From: a virus
Lineage: Duplodnaviria; Caudoviricetes
Length of the DNA stretch: 30,370 nucleotides
Strand: one strand, 5' to 3'
IMG/VR virus record: IMGVR_UViG_3300031861_000378
Span: 1 to 30,370 of that record
This document shows, piece after piece, positions 24,759-30,370 of this stretch. The notes beneath the pieces were generated by a model. It had not been told where the DNA came from and searched no databases. It worked only from the letters and a program-made list of their open reading frames with translations. Both the position numbers and the translations under genes were made by a program. Within the stretch, counting starts at the first letter, position 1. Every line of letters begins with the position of its first letter.

Positions 24759-26369
24759 ATGGGCGCAAGCATTACCCTGGCAGGTGAAAGCCTGAATGCA
24801 CAGAAGCAAGCCGCCCAGGAAATCCTGGTTGTGGAGCGCTTCATTTTCGCCAACGTGCCGGGCCTGGATCACAGCACCCCTGTAGATCGAGCCGCCGCCA
24901 AGCCAGCGCCGGCGCAGATCGTTTACAGCGCCGAGATCCCCGACGGAAATGCCGGATTCGTGAATCCCAACCAAGTGGTTTACAGCGTGCAAGCTGGCTC
25001 CGACGTGGGCGACTGGGACTTTAACTGGATCGGCCTGGAAACCGCAGAGGGTGTGCTGTACGCCGTGGCATACGTGCCGTTGCAGCAGAAGCGCCGCAAC
25101 ATTCCCCCGCTACAGATCGGCAACAACCTGACCCGCAATTTCTTGCTGGCCTTCGACGGCGCGCAAGCACTGACCGGTCTCACCATTGACGCCAGCACCT
25201 GGCAGCACGATTTCACCATTCGCCTGGCTGGAATCGACGAACGCGAACGCCAAAGCAACCGCGATATCTTCGGCCGTGCGTGCTTCTTTGGCAGTGCCCT
25301 GCAGCTGGAAAAAGTCGGGCCGGCGTACCAACTCAAAACCGGTACCGCCTACGTGGAAGGCATTCGCCTGCAGCGCACGGCTGTGCTGCCGGTGGTGCCG
25401 CCTGCGTTCCCTACCACAGCTTGGCTAGACGTGGCTCTGCAGCGCGAGCTAAACGACGTGGTGGCGAGTTGGAGCGTGGTGTGGGGCGCGGGGAAAGTGG
25501 ATTACGTGGACAGCGCAGGCGTGCAGCACTACTGCGTGGCCATCGCGGATCTGCCGAACAGCAACACCATCACCGACAACCGCCCAGTGGAGCCTGTCAG
25601 CGGGCCGCTAGTGAGTCAGTTTGCTTTCCGCGTGGGTGACTACGAGAACCTGCGCGCCCGCGCAACAACCAAGGTTGACGTAGGCCTGGGTAATTTGCCG
25701 AACGCGAAAACAGATAACCCACTGGTTGATTACAGCTCCGACGTTTTGGCATCAACAAAGGCCGCCTGTATGGCGGCCAAGCGCCAGATATTGGTGTTCA
25801 GCACTCCAGGCCTGCATGTGTGGCAAGTGCCTGATGAGCTAAAGACCGGAGCAAAGCGCGCGAAAATTACATTATTCGGCGCTGGTGGTGGAGCAGGGAG
25901 ATACGAGCGAGCCGCTGGTGGTGGTGGTGCCGGCGGTTGGGCAACCAAGATCATTGATCTTTTAGCAGTCCAGTCCGTTTCCATCACGGTAGGCGCTGGC
26001 GGAATCGGAAAAAAAGCGACCACCGGAGATGGTGCAGACGGCGGAGCAACATCGTTTGGAGCCTACTTTTCAGCGTATGGCGGCTACGGCGCTAGCAAAT
26101 GGTTTGGTGGTTTAGGCGGTACTGGCGTTGGCGGCGATGTAAACGGCTGTCTTGGAAATGGAAACCATGCGACCCGTCATGACAACGGGGCCGGTGGTTC
26201 CAATTACGGCGGTGGTCATGGTGGTGGCCCTGGTGGCATAGGCAGCGGTAGCGGCACTACAGGAAACCCAGGCTCGAACGCAGTCAAAGCCGGGGGTGGC
26301 GGTGGCGGTGGCAACGAGTATGGCGACGGAGGCAATGGAGCCTCTGGCATGGTCATTATCGAATTCTAA
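24759..26369 (+). CDS. Tail fibre protein with Gly-rich C-terminal domain
   Basis: Conserved N-terminal baseplate-binding region (GDWDFNWIGL, TWQHDFT), hinge RARATTKVDVGLGNLPN, poly-Gly C-terminal domain. Confidence 0.88.
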   Translation: MGASITLAGESLNAQKQAAQEILVVERFIFANVPGLDHSTPVDRAAAKPAPAQIVYSAEIPDGNAGFVNPNQVVYSVQAGSDVGDWDFNWIGLETAEGVLYAVAYVPLQQKRRNIPPLQIGNNLTRNFLLAFDGAQALTGLTIDASTWQHDFTIRLAGIDERERQSNRDIFGRACFFGSALQLEKVGPAYQLKTGTAYVEGIRLQRTAVLPVVPPAFPTTAWLDVALQRELNDVVASWSVVWGAGKVDYVDSAGVQHYCVAIADLPNSNTITDNRPVEPVSGPLVSQFAFRVGDYENLRARATTKVDVGLGNLPNAKTDNPLVDYSSDVLASTKAACMAAKRQILVFSTPGLHVWQVPDELKTGAKRAKITLFGAGGGAGRYERAAGGGGAGGWATKIIDLLAVQSVSITVGAGGIGKKATTGDGADGGATSFGAYFSAYGGYGASKWFGGLGGTGVGGDVNGCLGNGNHATRHDNGAGGSNYGGGHGGGPGGIGSGSGTTGNPGSNAVKAGGGGGGGNEYGDGGNGASGMVIIEF

Positions 26370-26381
26370 GGAGTGACACAA

Positions 26382-26912
26382 ATGTGGGCTTTAATCGTGG
26401 GCACCCGTGTGCGTGAAACCACCGACACGGATCCGAAGAACCGATTCCATCCAGACCTTCAGTGGGTTCCATGCAGCAGTGAAGTGGCCCCTGGCTGGAC
26501 TTTCCTCGCGGGCGAGTTTCTGAGACCAGCAGCACTAGATCTGCAGGATCGGCACACCACCCTTGCAAGTGTGTTGAACGCCAGCTGCGAGCGAGCAATC
26601 ACTGGTGGCTTCTACTCAGCAGCTCTTGGCGATCCGCACCAGTACAGCAGCCAGCTGGACGACCAACTGAACCTAACTGGGGCCATTCTGCGCGGCCTTG
26701 ACATGCCCTACGCCTGCCGCGACGAGCACGGTGTGAAGGATTACCGCCTGCACACAGCCGCGCAACTGCGCCAGGTGGGCGACGACTTCACCCTGTACAA
26801 GCTGCAGCTGCTGCAGCACACCAACGAGCTGAAACAGCAGCTGGATCTGGCGCTGGCAGCACGTGACGCCGAAGCCATGGAGCTGATCACCTGGGAGGCT
26901 CCACAGCCGTGA
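26382..26912 (+). CDS. Tail fibre assembly/accessory protein (DUF4376-like C-terminus)
   Basis: AAGGAG favours ATG 26382; RFHPDLQWVPC N-terminal motif; AITGGFYSAALG...DDQLNL...HTAAQL. Confidence 0.72.
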   Translation: MWALIVGTRVRETTDTDPKNRFHPDLQWVPCSSEVAPGWTFLAGEFLRPAALDLQDRHTTLASVLNASCERAITGGFYSAALGDPHQYSSQLDDQLNLTGAILRGLDMPYACRDEHGVKDYRLHTAAQLRQVGDDFTLYKLQLLQHTNELKQQLDLALAARDAEAMELITWEAPQP

Positions 26913-27832
26913 CCTGGGCACCCGTGACCATGCGCTGGCCCGAGCAGGCCACCCAGTGGCTTGGCGAGCTTTCAGCGGCCAAGGATCTAGCCGGTGGCGA
27001 ACTGGCCAGCACAGCGCTACGCCTGACCGGGCTGGACGGCCTCGCCACCACCAGCCCCGGCCCTGTGGGCGCTGCTGCGCTGGGCGCAATTGCGGCGGGG
27101 CGCGAGGCATTGGCGGGGCAATTGGGCCAGGCACCGGCCTGCATTGCCGTGACCCCGTTTCAGAGCGGCATTGGCCAAGGCCGGGGCCACCAGCGGTTTC
27201 TGTCAGCGCCGAATCTGATCGAGCACCTGGCCGGCAAGCTGATGGACAGCACCGACGCCGGCCGCCCAACCGGCCCCCGGTACGCATTAACCCTGCTATT
27301 TCTGGCCACCCGTTTTGATCAACTGGCCGACACGTTGTCGCGCTTCAATGCGCTGCTACCGGTGCCTGATCTGGTGCGTACAGAGCGCCGCGCACGTCAC
27401 CTGGCAAACCTTGAAGCTGAAAAGTGGGAAATGCCCAAGGCCGGCCCCCTGCCCCGCTGGCAGACCCTGCCGCTGGAGCGCTGCACGGTGACCAAAGCCG
27501 CGAAACAATCCATGGCCGGGCAACTGGCAGTTCTCGAGAGTTACGCCGCCGACAGTTCACCCATGACTGACCTGGCCGCACTGGCAACCCGTAAGGCCGC
27601 CCAGCAGCAAGGGCGTGACCAGCAGCTAGCAGATCTGCAGGCGCTGCTGACTGGCGGCAGCGCTGACAGCAGCATGCGCGCTCGCCTGATCGGCCCTGGC
27701 GATCCGTTCCAGCTGCGCAATGGTTTGCTGGAAGGTCAGCCTCCCGGCCATGAATGGGTGCTGAGCGCGGGCGTGGTGCTGGTTGGTTCCCTGGATGGTT
27801 TGAGCTTTGTACGTGAACTGGTGGGCCTATGA
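26909..27832 (+). CDS. Conserved tail-region protein
   Basis: 307 aa, coupled by GTGA/ATGA overlaps; HP1-like position after the fibre genes. Confidence 0.72.
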   Translation: MTWAPVTMRWPEQATQWLGELSAAKDLAGGELASTALRLTGLDGLATTSPGPVGAAALGAIAAGREALAGQLGQAPACIAVTPFQSGIGQGRGHQRFLSAPNLIEHLAGKLMDSTDAGRPTGPRYALTLLFLATRFDQLADTLSRFNALLPVPDLVRTERRARHLANLEAEKWEMPKAGPLPRWQTLPLERCTVTKAAKQSMAGQLAVLESYAADSSPMTDLAALATRKAAQQQGRDQQLADLQALLTGGSADSSMRARLIGPGDPFQLRNGLLEGQPPGHEWVLSAGVVLVGSLDGLSFVRELVGL

Positions 27833-28374
27833 CGCTGCTATTGGATGGGCTGAAGGTGCGCGGCAAGGGCCTGAAAGTGGCTGCAAACCTGCGCATCGAG
27901 TCCGACGATATGTCGGGCCAAACCAGCAACACAGACGCGGCGCACAAGGGCTTCAAGCCCAAGGTGCTGACCGTTTCGCTGATGATCCCCTACGTTGACC
28001 GCGAGCACCTGCCACAGCTGATGGGCTGGGCACAGGCGACCGCGCCAGGTGGTCAGCGCAAGACATACCGCATCGTCAACGACACGGCCGAAGCCTTCGG
28101 CATTCGCCAGGTGGAATTCAGCGACAACCTGAGCGCCCGCGAAGACGACAGCCTGGCCGCGTGGCGGGTGCAGTTCAGCCTGACAGAGAAGTTATCGACA
28201 GCGGAGCGGGTGGAAACCCGCCGCCCTAGTAACCTGGTAAAGCAACAGAGCGCGCCGGGTGAAGCCGTGGCCAGCACCGCAACGACCACCGAAAACAGCG
28301 AAACACCCGCAGCACCTGCCGAGCTGACCGGCTTTGAGGCAGTGCTGAAACGCCTGGACGAGTCGCTGGCATGA
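27829..28374 (+). CDS. Baseplate complex/tube initiator-like protein
   Basis: DMSGQTSNT...KGFKPKVLTVS...WRVQFSLTE; HP1-type synteny. Confidence 0.72.
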   Translation: MTLLLDGLKVRGKGLKVAANLRIESDDMSGQTSNTDAAHKGFKPKVLTVSLMIPYVDREHLPQLMGWAQATAPGGQRKTYRIVNDTAEAFGIRQVEFSDNLSAREDDSLAAWRVQFSLTEKLSTAERVETRRPSNLVKQQSAPGEAVASTATTTENSETPAAPAELTGFEAVLKRLDESLA

Positions 28375-29060
28375 AACTGCACAAACTGCTGAGCATCGCC
28401 GGCAAGCCTTATCCCCTTGTGCAAGACGACGTGCGGCTGGATCTACGCAGCCCAGGCCGGGCCAGCTTCACCATCAAGGCCACTGAATCGGTGCGCGGCC
28501 TGGTGGTGTTTGACCTGGGCTACAACGAACGCGCCTTGCAGCGGCACTTCATCGGCCACGTGGAGCGCTGCACCGCGGCTAATAGCCAACAGCAGGTGCT
28601 GTTCTGCCGTGAGCTGACCAGCGTGCTGGCCATGCCATTGCCTATGAGCCTGCGCCATGTGGATCTGCACCAAGTGCTGGGCGAAATCACCGCACGCACC
28701 GGGCTGCGTTTTCGCGTACCGGCGCAGGCTTATGCAAAGGTAAAAGCCCCGTTTTTCTACAGCCTGGCCACCGGCTTTCAGGCGCTGGACAGTCTCGCCC
28801 AGGTGTTCGAGATCCCCGACTTCATATGGCAGCAGCAGGGCGATGGCGAAGTATTTGTGGGCAGTTGGGCCGACAGCTACTGGGGCGAACGCGAGCCATT
28901 GCAACTACCCGTGGAGCTGTTCGACAGCTACCAAGGCAATCAGAGCGCGACCGTGGCGGCCCTTCCAGGCCTTCGCCCTGGTGCATCGATCAATCAAGGC
29001 GAACGGGTTACATCGGTAACGCTGAGCCAAACGCAGATGGCCATCCGATGGAAGAAGTAA
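28371..29060 (+). CDS. Baseplate hub-like protein
   Basis: 229 aa; FIWQQQGDGEVFVGSW motif; precedes the spike-like gene. Confidence 0.68.
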   Translation: MKLHKLLSIAGKPYPLVQDDVRLDLRSPGRASFTIKATESVRGLVVFDLGYNERALQRHFIGHVERCTAANSQQQVLFCRELTSVLAMPLPMSLRHVDLHQVLGEITARTGLRFRVPAQAYAKVKAPFFYSLATGFQALDSLAQVFEIPDFIWQQQGDGEVFVGSWADSYWGEREPLQLPVELFDSYQGNQSATVAALPGLRPGASINQGERVTSVTLSQTQMAIRWKK

Positions 29061-30049
29061 TTCAACGCACCGTAGAGCGCCGCTTTCCTGAGCTGACCGG
29101 TGGTTATCACCTGCCGCGCTTCGGCCGTGTGGTCGCCGTACCGGACGCCCCAAAAACGCAGGGACTGTGCGACGACTTTCGCCCGCGCTTTGCCGTGGAT
29201 GTGGAAGTGCTACTGCCAAACGGTGAGCCAGACCCGGCGCTGCCCATTCTGCAAAGCCTGCCACTGCCAGTGCCCAACGGTGGCCAGGAAGCGGGCATGT
29301 ATGGCTTCCCGGAGGAAGGCACCACCGTTGTGGTGGGCTTCGCCTATGGCCTGCCGCATAAACCGTTTATTCAGCAGATCCTCGCCCACGGTTTGAGCCT
29401 CCCCCGTGTGCCCAAGGGTGATCAGGTATGGCAGCACAGCGAGGCGTGCCAGCAGCGTGTTGACGCCGACGGCAATTGGCTAAGGCAGACAGATGGGCTT
29501 ATCCGCGATCAGGCCATAGACCGCGAAGTGGAAGCCCTGGAGAACGCCGAACGCTACCAAAGCAGCACCGTGGAAGTGGACGACCACAGCACCGAAACAG
29601 TGGGCGGCATCAAAAAAGTGGAAGCGCTGGGCGCGCTCAAACTGCTGTCGGGTGGATCTGCCAGTCTGGCCGCCGTGGACGACCTACATCAAGCCACCGG
29701 CCGCGACCTGAATCTAGTGGTGGGCCAGAAACACAACGTCACAGTGGGCGGCGACAAGCAGACGCAGATCCAGGGCAAGTTCACCGAACAGATCCAAGGC
29801 CTGCGCAAAAGCGTGAGCCAGGTTAGCCAACACCTAGAAGCGCCCAAAACCTGGGTAGGTTCCAGCGGTGTGAACGTGCTGCAGGTGCTGTGTGATCTGA
29901 TCGATCTGGTGGAGCAGATGAACACCCAGCTGGCAGGGCACACGCACATTCCAGGCCCAACCCCAAGCCCCACCGACGCCAACCAGTTCACCGCCAAGGC
30001 GGGCCAAGCATTGGCCCTGGCGGGACAGTTGAAGCCCATCACAGCATAG
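29048..30049 (+). CDS. Baseplate spike-like (gpV-like) protein
   Basis: FPELTGGYHLPR, OB-fold-like PEEGTTVVVGFAYG, beta-repeat region, C-terminal HTH (His-x-His) tip motif; start at ATG 29048. Confidence 0.75.
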   Translation: MEEVIQRTVERRFPELTGGYHLPRFGRVVAVPDAPKTQGLCDDFRPRFAVDVEVLLPNGEPDPALPILQSLPLPVPNGGQEAGMYGFPEEGTTVVVGFAYGLPHKPFIQQILAHGLSLPRVPKGDQVWQHSEACQQRVDADGNWLRQTDGLIRDQAIDREVEALENAERYQSSTVEVDDHSTETVGGIKKVEALGALKLLSGGSASLAAVDDLHQATGRDLNLVVGQKHNVTVGGDKQTQIQGKFTEQIQGLRKSVSQVSQHLEAPKTWVGSSGVNVLQVLCDLIDLVEQMNTQLAGHTHIPGPTPSPTDANQFTAKAGQALALAGQLKPITA

Positions 30050-30077
30050 AAAAAGCCCGCCAAATGGCGGGCTTTTT
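30050..30077. terminator. Bidirectional intrinsic terminator
   Basis: AAAAAGCCCGCC-AAAT-GGCGGGCTTTTT between convergent genes. Confidence 0.92.
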
Positions 30078-30370
30078 TAGTGTCTCAACGCAGCGATTAC
30101 ATTCGCCGGATCATTGTGAATAGCCCTGAGCAAGGCTTTAGCCGGCCCCTCAGGATCTCGCCGTCCCTGTTCCCAGTTCCGCAGTGTTCCAAGGGCTACG
30201 CCGATTGTCTCAGCAAATGCCGACTGCGCAAGCCCTGTGGCCTTACGGATGATTTTCACTTGTGCAGCATCGACGTGGAACTCACGGGACGGCTGGCGCT
30301 CGCCGCGTACAATCTCGTCCATCTGAGTCATGCTTTCAGCGAGACGATTGAAGAGATCTTTGTCCATCAT
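30077..30370 (-). CDS. higA: HigA/NadS-like XRE HTH antitoxin
   Basis: MDKDLFNRLAESM...IRKATGLAQSAFAETIGVALGTLRNWEQGRRDPEGPAKALL; a cognate toxin would lie beyond the window. Confidence 0.75.
   Translation of the reverse strand: MMDKDLFNRLAESMTQMDEIVRGERQPSREFHVDAAQVKIIRKATGLAQSAFAETIGVALGTLRNWEQGRRDPEGPAKALLRAIHNDPANVIAALRH

Larger units (their letters stand above)
1..30370. mobile_element. P2/HP1-like prophage
   Basis: Integrase, switch, replication, head, tail and lysis modules in Peduoviridae-like order; no obvious disrupted essential gene; att cores not visible. Confidence 0.95.

Noticed and set aside
28826-29047. 74-aa N-terminal extension of the spike gene
   Set aside because: Lies within the upstream gene in another frame; spike-like sequence begins at MEEVIQR.

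Overview
The window holds an apparently near-complete temperate prophage of the P2/HP1 (Peduoviridae-like) group. GC-rich coding style and gene content suggest a Pseudomonas-like host (inference). From the left: a leftward lysogeny operon (two tandem P2-C-like repressors, a membrane-anchored WYL-domain protein, tyrosine integrase), a switch region with operator-like direct repeats, and cox. Replication uses an 897-aa Zn-finger/TOPRIM/P-loop primase-helicase followed by an iteron-rich origin (14 TGTTCCGG octamers), resembling P4 rather than P2 rolling-circle gpA. Next come small early accessory ORFs, an AT-rich intergenic block, ogr, and a DUF4177 + YidD-like gene pair at the pre-portal accessory hotspot. 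These are followed by P2-type head genes (Q, P, O, N, M, L) and HP1-type contractile tail genes, which include a -1 frameshifted chaperone and an atypical lysis cassette (M15 peptidase, PLA2-motif DUF1353 protein, single-TM protein, no recognisable spanins). A HigA-like antitoxin sits at the right edge. Best candidates for undescribed biology: the dual-repressor/TM-WYL lysogeny module, the DUF4177-YidD pair, and possible phospholipase-assisted lysis. All family calls come from motif recognition and synteny, not database searches.
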